Shown here: piece by piece, positions 1 to 8,589 of the stretch
Numbering within the stretch: position 1 is the first letter of the stretch
Layout of the letters: every line of letters starts with the position of its first letter
Assembly (NCBI GenBank): GCA_964646225.1
Contig: CAZYAD010000003.1
Coordinates: 1,894-65,893, forward strand
Source of the DNA: an uncultured Oscillospiraceae bacterium
Lineage (GTDB): Bacteria > Bacillota > Clostridia > Oscillospirales > Butyricicoccaceae
Reading direction: 5' to 3'
DNA length: 64,000 nucleotides
Position numbers and translations under genes: made by a program
Notes under the pieces: generated by a model
What the model saw: only the letters and a program-made list of their open reading frames with translations
Told to the model about the DNA's origin: nothing
Databases searched by the model: none

Positions 1-293
1 ATCCCGTTGATGGTGCGGAACTCCAGCCGCCCAGCGTGCTCCGCGCCAAAGGTCTGGGCAAAGCGGCGGCGCAGATCGGCGGTGGCCGCCACGGTATAGG
101 TGACGGTGAGGATGCTCTCCGGCGGCACCTCCCGGCCATAGAGCAGATAGCCTACCCGCGCCAGCAGGGCAGTGGTCTTTCCGCTGCCCGGCACCGCCAG
201 CAGCAGCACCGGCCCCTCTGTCTGCCGGACGGCAGCCTCCTGCTGCCGATCCAGCCGCAGGGAGAAACGGCTTCGAAACGCCTCAAACTCCAT
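1..293 (-). CDS. UvrD/PcrA-family ATP-dependent DNA helicase, N-terminal fragment (gene continues past window start)
   Basis: Absent from the ORF track because it runs off the window. Minus-strand translation from the ATG at 293-291 gives MEFEAFRSRFSLRLDRQQEAAVRQTEGPVLLLAVPGSGKTTALLARVGYLLYGREVPPESILTVTYT. This contains helicase motif I (PGSGKTT) in UvrD-type context. ATGA overlap with the stop of the upstream gene. Confidence 0.8.
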   Translation of the reverse strand, partial: MEFEAFRSRFSLRLDRQQEAAVRQTEGPVLLLAVPGSGKTTALLARVGYLLYGREVPPESILTVTYTVAATADLRRRFAQTFGAEHAGRLEFRTING

Positions 294-1231
294 CATTCGT
301 GGCAGTACAGCCGCTTGTTGTCCAGGGCGAACACCCGCTCAGAGAACTGCCCGGGCTCCAGCTTTTCCAGCGTCTCCCGATAGATCTCCATACGGCTGTC
401 GATCAGGTCGATGTAGCACAAAAGCTCGGCCTCGGCGCACTGAGGCAGCACCGCCGCGCCGAACTCCGGCTGGCCGTGGTGAGAGAGCAGCATATGCTGC
501 AGCAGCATGGAGCGCTCCCCAGTGACGCCGCAGGCGTCGCAGACCTCCCGGACCTCCTGCGCCCCCATCACCAGATGCCCCAGCAGCTGCCCCTCGGTGG
601 TGTAATCCGAGACCAGACCGGCCGGGGAGACCCGGAACTCCCGGATCTTGGCGAAGTCATGGAGAAAGGTTCCGGCCAGCAGCAGATCTCTGTTCAGAAA
701 ATCGCCGTACTGCGCCGCCAGAAAGACGGCAGTCTTCATCATGTTCAGGGTGTGCATCAGCAGCCCGTGGACAAACCCGTGGTGGACGCTTTTGGCGGCG
801 GGAATGGTGATAAAGGCCTCACGGTGCAGCAGGAGCATCCGGCGGCATACCGCCTGATAGCCCTCGTCCTGCATGCTGTCCAGCAGCCTCTCCAGCTCAT
901 CCAGCGCCTGCTGCAATTCCAGAGGGGCGGTGGGCACCAGCAGACTCAGCTCATAGCGATCCTCCGGCAGGGCGGGCCGGATGCGCTCTGCCGTCACCTG
1001 AAGGGTTCCCTTGAACTCCGAAACCCGGCCCTGGACGCAGACCACCGCCCCCTCGTCCTGGTGGGAGAGCGGGCCGCTGTAATCCCAGACCTTCAGTTCT
1101 ACTGCGGCGGTACGGTCACACAGAATGCCGGACAGATAGGGCTTCCCGGCGGCGGTGGTACGCAGAGAGGCCTGTTTCAATAAATAAAAGCCCGCCAGGC
1201 TCATCCCCGGGCGAATATCGCAAAGCTTCAT
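293..1231 (-). CDS. yhaM: 3'-5' exoribonuclease, OB-fold + HD domain (YhaM-like)
   Basis: Start moved to MKLCDIRPG (ATG at 1231) with GGAG 7-8 nt upstream. N-terminal OB-fold region, then HD-domain motifs HHGFVHGLLMHTL and LHDFAK. 312 aa, matching YhaM size. Confidence 0.75.
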   Translation of the reverse strand: MKLCDIRPGMSLAGFYLLKQASLRTTAAGKPYLSGILCDRTAAVELKVWDYSGPLSHQDEGAVVCVQGRVSEFKGTLQVTAERIRPALPEDRYELSLLVPTAPLELQQALDELERLLDSMQDEGYQAVCRRMLLLHREAFITIPAAKSVHHGFVHGLLMHTLNMMKTAVFLAAQYGDFLNRDLLLAGTFLHDFAKIREFRVSPAGLVSDYTTEGQLLGHLVMGAQEVREVCDACGVTGERSMLLQHMLLSHHGQPEFGAAVLPQCAEAELLCYIDLIDSRMEIYRETLEKLEPGQFSERVFALDNKRLYCHE

Positions 1232-1285
1232 AGTAAATCTCCTTTTCACAGTCAGGTGGCGGAACGGATCAAAACAGATATCAGC

Positions 1286-1314
1286 ATTATAACAGCTGAC
1301 CGAACGGTTTTCAA
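1286..1314 (-). promoter_or_regulatory. Putative sigma-70 promoter for yhaM-helicase operon
   Basis: Minus strand reads TTGAAA, 17 nt, TATAAT, about 50 nt upstream of the yhaM start. Confidence 0.5.
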
Positions 1315-1403
1315 CCGTCTGCAAAGGGAAAAACCGCCTCTGGGGGAGGCAAACTCTCCGTGCAGAATCCGGATACAAAGAGCGCTTCGCCGTGAAAAAG
1401 GAG

Positions 1404-1432
1404 TTGCCAAAACGATGGAAGTGTGCTAAAAT
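1404..1432 (+). promoter_or_regulatory. Putative sigma-70 promoter driving the riboswitch leader
   Basis: TTGCCA (1404-1409), 17 nt spacer, TAAAAT (1427-1432), with TGc immediately upstream (extended -10). Confidence 0.55.
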
Positions 1433-1450
1433 AACTTCTAAAAGTACATA

Positions 1451-1560
1451 TGAACTGAATGGCTCTGCCCGTGAGGGTAGGTGGAATGGGGTGCGAGTCC
1501 CCGCGAGTCGGTCACTGTGAAGCCGCAAGTGCGGATAAGTCAGATACACCGGGCTGTTCA
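1451..1560 (+). promoter_or_regulatory. Cobalamin (B12) riboswitch aptamer, compact variant
   Basis: GGAAUGGGGUGCGAGUCCCCGCGAGUCGGUCACUGUGAAGC matches the conserved core as I recall it (GGUG..A.UCC hairpin, then C.G.C..CACUGU). A short CCGCAAGUGCGG hairpin follows, then the B12-box-like AAGUCAGAUACACC. P1 closes with GCCCG (1467-1471)/CGGGC (1550-1554) and outer TGAAC (1451-1455)/GTTCA (1556-1560). Consensus is from memory of the Rfam cobalamin family, not a covariance-model score. Confidence 0.7.
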
Positions 1561-1600
1561 GGGCACCTGCCAACACCGGGATCGCCAGCAGAGAGACCCT

Positions 1601-1632
1601 CCGCGCAGCGCTTCCGGCTGCGCGGTTTTTTT
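1601..1632 (+). terminator. Intrinsic terminator forming the riboswitch expression platform
   Basis: CCGCGCAGC (1601-1609), 7-nt loop, GCUGCGCGG (1617-1625), followed by UUUUUUU. Lies about 115 nt upstream of the first CDS. Confidence 0.8.
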
Positions 1633-1748
1633 GTGTGAAACGCGATCATCTGCGCCTGTAACCATGACCTCCGGCGCTGAAAGCGCCATCGACCATCATC
1701 GGCTTTCAGAAAACATCGGAGTCTGCTCCGAAAAAAGGAGAAAATCAC

Positions 1749-2924
1749 ATGAAACAGAGAACAGTAGCCATCCTGTTTGCCCTGCTGCTGCTGGTAAATG
1801 TTCTTCCGGCGGCCTCGGCAGCGGAGGGCGCCGCACTGACGCTGGATTCCGGCCCGGTAGCGGAGGACGGCACGGTCACGCTGACCATTTCCCTGCAGGA
1901 CAACCCCGGCATGGCGGCATTCATGCTTTATATTTACTATGACACCTCGGTGTTTTCAGCCGACCCCGCCGGCGACCTTTCCGCTGCGGGCGTTTTCCGA
2001 AAGGAGGGCGGACTGCTCGGCAACACCATCGCCACCGCCCGGGCCAATGGCCGCTATAACGGCGACAGCCGGAAGGACGGTCTGCTGGCCCTGTGGTACA
2101 ACGGCTCCGGCATCGATACCACCGGCAGCGGCACGGTGATGACCGTCACCCTCCATGCAGACCCCAACGCCGCCAGCGGCGATTATACGGTGGAACTGGG
2201 CTATTCCCTGACGGATACCTGTAACCGGAACGGCGAGAAGGTTGCTCTTCGGACAGCTTCCGCCGTGGTCACCCTTTCCGGCAGCGGCGAGGGGCCGCAG
2301 CCCGGCCCGAGCGGCAGTAAAGCCGAAACGCCCGCTCTGCCAGAGACACCGGAGCAGCCTGAGGCCCCCGCCTTTCTGGATGTTTCCGGCCACTGGGCAG
2401 AGGAGCACATCCTGCGGGCGGCGCAGCAGAGCCTGATTTTGGGCTACAACGGCTACTGCCGTCCCAATGACACCATGACCCGCGCGGAGTGCGTCACCAT
2501 TCTCCACCGGGCCAGCGGCTCGCCCAAGCCGGCCGCCGCCCCCACCTTTACCGACCTGGATCCCCAGCAGCAATGGTACTGGGAGGCAGTGGCCTGGGCA
2601 GAGGAGACCGGCGTGGTCAAGGGCATCGGCGGCGGGAAGTTCGCCCCCGGCGGTACGGTTACCCGCGAGCAGCTGGCAACCATCCTACACCGGCTTTCCG
2701 GCCAGGGTGCCGGGATGGAGGGCCTGCTGACCCCGGTCTATGATCAGACCTACCGCGACAGCGCCCAGATCAGCGACTGGGCAAAGGCGGATCTTTACTG
2801 GTCTCTGTACAATGGCATTTATTGCGGCACCGACTCCCTCCCGGTGGGCGAGACCCTTGCCCCCACGGCGGCAGCCAGCCGCGCCCAAATCGCGGTGATG
2901 ATCGTCCGCTGGCTGGAACAATAA
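1749..2924 (+). CDS. Secreted cell-wall anchor: N-terminal cohesin domain + Pro/Glu linker + three SLH repeats
   Basis: AGGAG RBS and signal peptide MKQRTVAILFALLLLVNVLPAASA. Cohesin-like block TVTLTISLQDNPGMAAFMLYIYYDTSVF...GDYTVELGY. PEAP-rich linker. SLH-type repeats FLDVSGHWAEEHI..., FTDLDPQQQWYWEAVAWA..., YRDSAQISDWAKADLYWS... Confidence 0.85.
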   Translation: MKQRTVAILFALLLLVNVLPAASAAEGAALTLDSGPVAEDGTVTLTISLQDNPGMAAFMLYIYYDTSVFSADPAGDLSAAGVFRKEGGLLGNTIATARANGRYNGDSRKDGLLALWYNGSGIDTTGSGTVMTVTLHADPNAASGDYTVELGYSLTDTCNRNGEKVALRTASAVVTLSGSGEGPQPGPSGSKAETPALPETPEQPEAPAFLDVSGHWAEEHILRAAQQSLILGYNGYCRPNDTMTRAECVTILHRASGSPKPAAAPTFTDLDPQQQWYWEAVAWAEETGVVKGIGGGKFAPGGTVTREQLATILHRLSGQGAGMEGLLTPVYDQTYRDSAQISDWAKADLYWSLYNGIYCGTDSLPVGETLAPTAAASRAQIAVMIVRWLEQ

Positions 2925-2942
2925 AAAGAGAGGATGGATACT

Positions 2943-3545
2943 GTGAAAAAGCTTACCCGTTTGACAACGCTTCTGCTGGCCCTGACCCTGGCCCTCAGCT
3001 TTACGGCTCTGGCGGAGGACGCAAAGACCGAAAATGACAAGGCCACCATCAAGAATGTGCTCACCGGCGCTACCGTGACCTTTGATGAGACCGTTGATGA
3101 GAAAATCCTGGTGACCTACACCAGCGAGGATCTTGTCCCCGACAGCTTCTATCTGGTGATGATGGTGTCCAGCGATGCCCAGGGCAACTACGATGCCATC
3201 ACCAAAGGCAACCTCACCTATATCGATCAGGTGACTGCGGATGAAAGCAAGTCCATCAGCTTTACGGTGTATCCCTCCAAGCTGACCACCAGCGTCATCC
3301 TGATCACCAGTGCGGAGGGCACGCTGAAAGCTGCCATCGTAGAGGCCAAGTACATCCTGGGGGATGTGGACGGCAGCGGAGCCGTGAACTCTGGCGATGT
3401 TACATATCTGTTGCAGTATCTTGCAGGATATGATGTGTCCAGCAAGTTTGTTGCGGCAGCTGCTGATATTGATAAAAGCGGAGCCGTGAACTCTGGCGAT
3501 GTGACCAAGCTGTTGCAGGTGCTTGCCGGATTTGCAGCATTGTAA
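2943..3545 (+). CDS. Small secreted protein: unknown beta-rich N-domain + C-terminal type-I dockerin
   Basis: GTG at 2943 (VKKLTRL...) sits 8-9 nt after GAGGA; the ATG at 2934 abuts the SD and is the alternative start. Signal peptide ends ALA-ED. The C-terminus carries two Ca-binding dockerin segments, GDVDGSGAVNSGDVTYLLQYLAG and ADIDKSGAVNSGDVTKLLQVLAG. Confidence 0.85.
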   Translation: MKKLTRLTTLLLALTLALSFTALAEDAKTENDKATIKNVLTGATVTFDETVDEKILVTYTSEDLVPDSFYLVMMVSSDAQGNYDAITKGNLTYIDQVTADESKSISFTVYPSKLTTSVILITSAEGTLKAAIVEAKYILGDVDGSGAVNSGDVTYLLQYLAGYDVSSKFVAAAADIDKSGAVNSGDVTKLLQVLAGFAAL

Positions 3546-3564
3546 AAGAAATAGAGGTGCAGAC

Positions 3565-6500
3565 ATGAAACAGATTTGGAAAAAGAGCCTGTCGCTGGCC
3601 CTGACGCTGGCCCTGACGCTGGCGCTCTGTTCTCCCGCCTTTGCGGACGAGCCGGAAAGCGGCAAGCCGGCGATTACGGTAGGCAGCGTGGAGGTCAGTG
3701 TATCGGATAGAACGGTGACCGTTCCTGTCGAAATCAGCAACAATCCGGGCATTGCCTCCTGTAGGTTGGATTTTGACATTCCCACTGATTGGGAAATGAC
3801 AGAAATCGAAACCAGACAGACAACTGTTTACGGCATTTTCTACGGTTTGAACAAATACAATGAGATGATGCAGATTGGTAGCTTTACCAATAATCCAGAA
3901 ATCGGAAGATTGGTTTGGGCACACGAGGCGGATAACCACAATAACGGCACTATTTGCTGGCTTACCTATCAACTGCCGGACGACATTGTCAGCGGCGAAT
4001 ATACAATCGGCATCGGCATTAAGACGGGCAGCGAAGTTGTGCCTTATCTCAGTAATGCCAACGATACTGGCGAGAATCTCGCCTCCCAGTTTACCTTCAC
4101 CTCCGGCACGGTCACGGTGATGGATGAAGCTTCGGTGGCGCCCGCGATCACCACGCAGCCTGCAAGCGGCACCTACACCTATTCTACCACTCCCCCCACG
4201 GTGGAGCCCCTGAAGGTGGAAGTCACGGTCGAGCAGGTGGGCGGCGAGCTTACCTATCAGTGGTACAAGGGTAACGCGGCCATCGCGAATGCCACGGCCA
4301 ACACCTACATTCCGACTCTGCCCGCAGTCGGCAGCAGCGAAAGCTATCACTGCGTGATCACCAACACCTATCAGGGCAGAGCATACACGGTCACCTCTGA
4401 GACGGCCACCGTCACCTATAACAAGGCCGATCAGGCGCCCCTCACCGTCGCCGGCCGGGACACCGTCACCTACGGTGAAACCGCCACATACACCGCCAAC
4501 GGCGGCAGCGGCAACGGCAATGTGACCTGGAGCGTCGAGGGGGATGTTGCCACCATCGACCAGAACGGCGTTCTGACTCCCAACGGCACCGGCACGGTCA
4601 ATGTCAAGGCCGAAAAGGCGGCTGACGACAATTACAACGCCACATCCGCCAACAGATATGTCACCATCAACGCCGCCGACCTGACGCTGGACGGCAGCGA
4701 AAGCTACGATGTGACGGTCTACACCAGCAGAAAGCCCGTCACCCTCACCGTTCCCACCGCCACGGCGAAAAACGGACAGACGGTCAACCCCACATGGAGC
4801 ACCAGCGGCAATGTCACGCTGGATAATGGCACCGTCACCGCTGCGGAGAACGCCAAAGACGGCGACACCGCCACCGTCACCCTGACCTACAGCGCGAACC
4901 ACCACAACAGCAAGACTGTCACCTACCACATCACCGTCAAGGATAAGAACGATGTGTCTGACAAGCTGAGCTTCACCTCCAAGGACATGAAGGCGGACTA
5001 TGACGGCGAGGCCAAGACGGCGGACACCTTCGTCCACGCTGCCACCATGCCCGAGGGCTACACCGGCACCATCACCTATACCCTCAATGGTCAGAGCAGC
5101 ACCGACCTGAGCCAGCTTTCCGTCACGGATGCCGGAAACTATACCATCACCGCCACCTACTCCGACGATGAGAACGAGGGCAGCCGGAGTCTGTCCTTCA
5201 CTATCGACCGGGCCAAGGTGGAAAAGCCCACCGCTGTGACCGGTCTGGAGTACGACGGCACCAAGCAAACCGGCGTGACCTGTGTGGAAAATGCCGGTTA
5301 CACCATGAGCGGCACCCTGGCCGCCACCAACGCGGGCGACTACACCGCCACCGCTACGCTGGACGATAACCACCAGTGGACCGACGAAACCAGAGACCCC
5401 CTGACCATTTCCTGGTCCATCGCGCAGAAGAAGATCGATGTCAGCGGCTACGAGTGGGATTACACCGAGGACTTCACCTATGACGGCGCGGAGCATTCCG
5501 TCAAGGTCATCGTGCCCGAAGCTGACCAGGCCTTCGTGGATATCGCCTACTACGCTACTTGCAAAGCCACCGATGTCAACCGCTATACTGCCTCTGCAAC
5601 CGCGAATGTGAAACAAGCCTTCGCGCAGAACTACAAGATCGAGGGCGAGATCGCCAATCGCTCATGGAGCATTAACCCCGCGCCCATCGATGTTTCCGGC
5701 GTGAAATTTGAGCAGGACGATATCACCTATGACGGCAAGGAGCATACCGTCTCTGTCACTGACCTGCCGCAGTTCGTGACGGTGACCTACAAAGGCACTC
5801 GCACTGCCATCAATGCGGACGATTACACGGTTCAGGCCATGCTCAAACCGGACAACAACCACAGTCTCGTTCCCGGCGAGGGCCAGACTCCATGCGGCGA
5901 CGGCAGCGTTGGCATCAACCTCACCTGGAAGATCCTCCGCGCCGAAATTCCCGCGACGCAGGAGCCCACTGCTGTGACCGGTCTGGTCTATAACGGCACC
6001 GAGCAAACCGGCGTGAACTATGTGGAAAATGCCGGTTACACCATGAGCGGCAACCTGACCGCCACCAACGCAAGTGACAACTACACCGCCACCGCCACGC
6101 CGGACGGCAACCACAAGTGGGCCGACGGAACCACCGAACCCAAGACCTTCGACTGGCGCATCGGTAAGAAGTCCGTCACGCTGCCCAACCACACCATTTC
6201 CCTGCGCTACTCCAACACCGACGGGCAGACCTTCACCGTCGAGCAGCTGAAGACCCTGCTGGGCGACACCAATCAGGGGACCACGGTCAGCATCGACAGC
6301 GTGGAGAGGACAGAGAATGGCATCATTGCAGCAGGTGCGACTAATACCTCTGCGAGCGTGAGCTTTACCCTGAACAGCGGTCTGACCGCCCAGGATGCAG
6401 GCAAGTACGATACCCTCACGGTCGAATATTCGAGCAATAACTATACCGATGGCCGCGTCACGCTGGTCATCACCGTGATGAACAAGGAGAATGTTTCCGA

Positions 6501-8559
6501 AAGCATCACCTTCGAAGACGGCTCCTCCACCTATGACGGCGCCGACAAGACCTATGCAGAAGCCACAGTCAGCGGCATCACCGCCGGTGGCGATCCTCAG
6601 TGGACTTACACCTACAAGCAGGGTGACACTGAGCTGGATGCCATGAAGGATGCCGGCAGTTACACCGTCATCGCTACCTATGAGGATGCTGACAACTACG
6701 GCACGGCAGAGGCGGTCTATACCATCTCTCCCGCCACGCTGACCATCAGCAGCGCCGTCGTCGATGAGAAGGTTTATGACGGCACAACGGAAGCCACAGT
6801 CACCGACGTGATCTTCGACGGTCTGGTGGGGGATGAGAGCGTCGATTATGAAGTGACCAGCGCGGCCTTTGAAAATGCCAATGTAGGCGTGAACAAGACC
6901 GTCAACTTCACCGTTGCGCTGAATAGCAGCGTGACCAACTACGCCATCCCGCAAGACAGCGCCCGGGCCACGGCCAAAGGCACCATCACGGCCAAAGGTG
7001 TGATTGTGTTCTTTGCAACTCCTGAAGCGCAACACTATACCGGCAGAGACATCACGCCTGAGCCTTTTGTCGATGTCGACGGCACGGTGAACAGTTATCA
7101 GCTGGAAAAGGACAGGGATTACACCCTGGTCTACAGCAATAACCGCAATGTGGGCACTGCCACGATCACTGTCGTCCCTGCTTCCGGCAGCAACTACACC
7201 TTTACAAATACCTCCGATACCTTTGATATCCTTGCCGCAGAGCTCAGCGGCCTGACCGCCGAAAATCTGGTGGTTACCTATACCGGTCTGCAGCTGGATG
7301 CCAGCCGCATCCGCGGCACGGCCTACTTCAACGGTGCGCAGGTGCCCGGCACCTGGAGCTGGGTCACCGAGCCCGCGGGTGTGGACGCCAGCGAGACGCC
7401 CTACCCCGCCCGGGTGCGCTTCACGCCGGAGAGCAGCAACCTGCTCAAGGCCGAGACCGACATTACTGTCACCATTCGCAAGGTCACGCCCACCGGCGAG
7501 CCTTCCTATACCGTCCTCACCGGCACCGGCAAGACTCTTGCTGATGCTCAACTGGGCATCGGCACCATCACCCCGGCGGGCGGCACCATCCGCTGGGTGG
7601 ATGAAAGCGGCGTCGAGCTGCCTCTGACCACTGTGGTCAATCCTCAGGAGGCCTATACCTGGCAGTACATCCCGGCGGATCCTGTCAACTACAATGTCCT
7701 CACCGGCACCATCACTCCCTGCAAGTACCAGAACATCCCCGTGGTGGGCCCCTCCAACCAGACCAAGGTGGAGCAGCCCGACAACGGCGAGATCGCTGTC
7801 AAGCCCGCCCATGCTGCGGCCGGCAGCACCGTCACCGTGACGGTCACGCCGGATGACGGCTATGTGCTGGAGGAGCTGCGTGTGCTGGATAAGCACGGCA
7901 ACGAGCTGGAACTGAAGGATCTGGGCAATGGCTGCTATTCCTTCACCATGCCCTCCGGCGGCGTGGAGGTGGATGCCACCTTCGCTTCCGAGGAGCAGCC
8001 TGCCCCGGTGGTGTTCAGCGATGTGCCCGCAGACGCCTGGTATGCCAATGCTGTTTACAGCGCGGTGGAGCAGGGCCTGTTCAGCGGCACCGGCGAGACC
8101 ACCTTTGCTCCTGAAATGCCCATGAGCCGCTCCATGCTGGTGACGGTGCTGTGGCGCATGAGCGGTGAGCCCGCCGCCACGGCGGCCAGCGGCTTTGCCG
8201 ATGTGCAGCAGGACTCCTGGTATCAGAAAGCGGTTGACTGGGCCAGCGCTACCGGCCTGGTCAAAGGACTGGGCGACAACCTCTTCGGTTCCGAAACCAA
8301 CCTCTCCCGCGAGCAGCTGGCAACCATCCTGTTCCGCTATGCCCAGCAGCTGGGTCTGGATACCTCTGCCCGCGCCGATCTCAGCGCCTTTGACGATTTC
8401 AGCCAGGTCAGCCCCTACGCGCAGGACGCCATGTCCTGGGCGGTGGCTGTGGGCCTGATCTCCGGCACCGGTGACGGCAGCCTGGCTTCCATGGGTGACG
8501 CGACCCGCGCCCAGGTAGCAACGATCCTGCTGCGCTTCCAAGACAAGTTCGGCCTGTAA
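3565..8559 (+). CDS. Giant cell-surface protein (1664 aa): cohesin-like domain, many Ig/MBG(YDG)-type repeats, three C-terminal SLH repeats
   Basis: GAGG RBS 7 nt upstream and signal peptide MKQIWKKSLSLALTLALTLALCSPAFA. Cohesin-like block ITVGSVEVSVSDRTVTVPVEISNNPGIASCRLDFDIP...GEYTIGIGI. Repeated ...YDG..K/H... Thr-rich modules across about 1200 aa. SLH repeats FSDVPADAWYANAV..., FADVQQDSWYQKAVDWA..., FDDFSQVSPYAQDAMSWA... Confidence 0.85.
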   Translation: MKQIWKKSLSLALTLALTLALCSPAFADEPESGKPAITVGSVEVSVSDRTVTVPVEISNNPGIASCRLDFDIPTDWEMTEIETRQTTVYGIFYGLNKYNEMMQIGSFTNNPEIGRLVWAHEADNHNNGTICWLTYQLPDDIVSGEYTIGIGIKTGSEVVPYLSNANDTGENLASQFTFTSGTVTVMDEASVAPAITTQPASGTYTYSTTPPTVEPLKVEVTVEQVGGELTYQWYKGNAAIANATANTYIPTLPAVGSSESYHCVITNTYQGRAYTVTSETATVTYNKADQAPLTVAGRDTVTYGETATYTANGGSGNGNVTWSVEGDVATIDQNGVLTPNGTGTVNVKAEKAADDNYNATSANRYVTINAADLTLDGSESYDVTVYTSRKPVTLTVPTATAKNGQTVNPTWSTSGNVTLDNGTVTAAENAKDGDTATVTLTYSANHHNSKTVTYHITVKDKNDVSDKLSFTSKDMKADYDGEAKTADTFVHAATMPEGYTGTITYTLNGQSSTDLSQLSVTDAGNYTITATYSDDENEGSRSLSFTIDRAKVEKPTAVTGLEYDGTKQTGVTCVENAGYTMSGTLAATNAGDYTATATLDDNHQWTDETRDPLTISWSIAQKKIDVSGYEWDYTEDFTYDGAEHSVKVIVPEADQAFVDIAYYATCKATDVNRYTASATANVKQAFAQNYKIEGEIANRSWSINPAPIDVSGVKFEQDDITYDGKEHTVSVTDLPQFVTVTYKGTRTAINADDYTVQAMLKPDNNHSLVPGEGQTPCGDGSVGINLTWKILRAEIPATQEPTAVTGLVYNGTEQTGVNYVENAGYTMSGNLTATNASDNYTATATPDGNHKWADGTTEPKTFDWRIGKKSVTLPNHTISLRYSNTDGQTFTVEQLKTLLGDTNQGTTVSIDSVERTENGIIAAGATNTSASVSFTLNSGLTAQDAGKYDTLTVEYSSNNYTDGRVTLVITVMNKENVSESITFEDGSSTYDGADKTYAEATVSGITAGGDPQWTYTYKQGDTELDAMKDAGSYTVIATYEDADNYGTAEAVYTISPATLTISSAVVDEKVYDGTTEATVTDVIFDGLVGDESVDYEVTSAAFENANVGVNKTVNFTVALNSSVTNYAIPQDSARATAKGTITAKGVIVFFATPEAQHYTGRDITPEPFVDVDGTVNSYQLEKDRDYTLVYSNNRNVGTATITVVPASGSNYTFTNTSDTFDILAAELSGLTAENLVVTYTGLQLDASRIRGTAYFNGAQVPGTWSWVTEPAGVDASETPYPARVRFTPESSNLLKAETDITVTIRKVTPTGEPSYTVLTGTGKTLADAQLGIGTITPAGGTIRWVDESGVELPLTTVVNPQEAYTWQYIPADPVNYNVLTGTITPCKYQNIPVVGPSNQTKVEQPDNGEIAVKPAHAAAGSTVTVTVTPDDGYVLEELRVLDKHGNELELKDLGNGCYSFTMPSGGVEVDATFASEEQPAPVVFSDVPADAWYANAVYSAVEQGLFSGTGETTFAPEMPMSRSMLVTVLWRMSGEPAATAASGFADVQQDSWYQKAVDWASATGLVKGLGDNLFGSETNLSREQLATILFRYAQQLGLDTSARADLSAFDDFSQVSPYAQDAMSWAVAVGLISGTGDGSLASMGDATRAQVATILLRFQDKFGL
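5227..5380 (+). repeat. Intragenic repeat copy A (module KPTAVTGLEYDGTKQTGV...ENAGYTMSG)
   Basis: About 150 nt closely similar to 5965-6120, offset 738 nt (246 codons). A 32-nt identical run lies at 5283-5314 and 6021-6052. Confidence 0.8.
5965..6120 (+). repeat. Intragenic repeat copy B (module EPTAVTGLVYNGTEQTGV...ENAGYTMSG)
   Basis: Partner of 5227-5380; the in-frame protein repeat is visible at DNA level. Confidence 0.8.
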
Positions 8560-8589
8560 GCCGGAAGAACGCCCGATCACAGACAAGCA

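Noticed and set aside
3594-3626. Short tandem DNA repeat ctggccctgacg x2 (a similar string occurs at about 2975-3000) as a VNTR or CRISPR-like element
   Set aside because: There are only two units, they lie inside signal-peptide coding sequence (LALTLALTLAL), and there are no spacers. It reflects hydrophobic-core codon usage.
1749-8559. Interpreting the cohesin/dockerin genes as a polysaccharide-degrading cellulosome or amylosome
   Set aside because: No glycoside hydrolase, carbohydrate esterase, lyase or CBM domain is recognisable in the operon or its flanks. The only dockerin cargo is a small non-enzymatic-looking domain.
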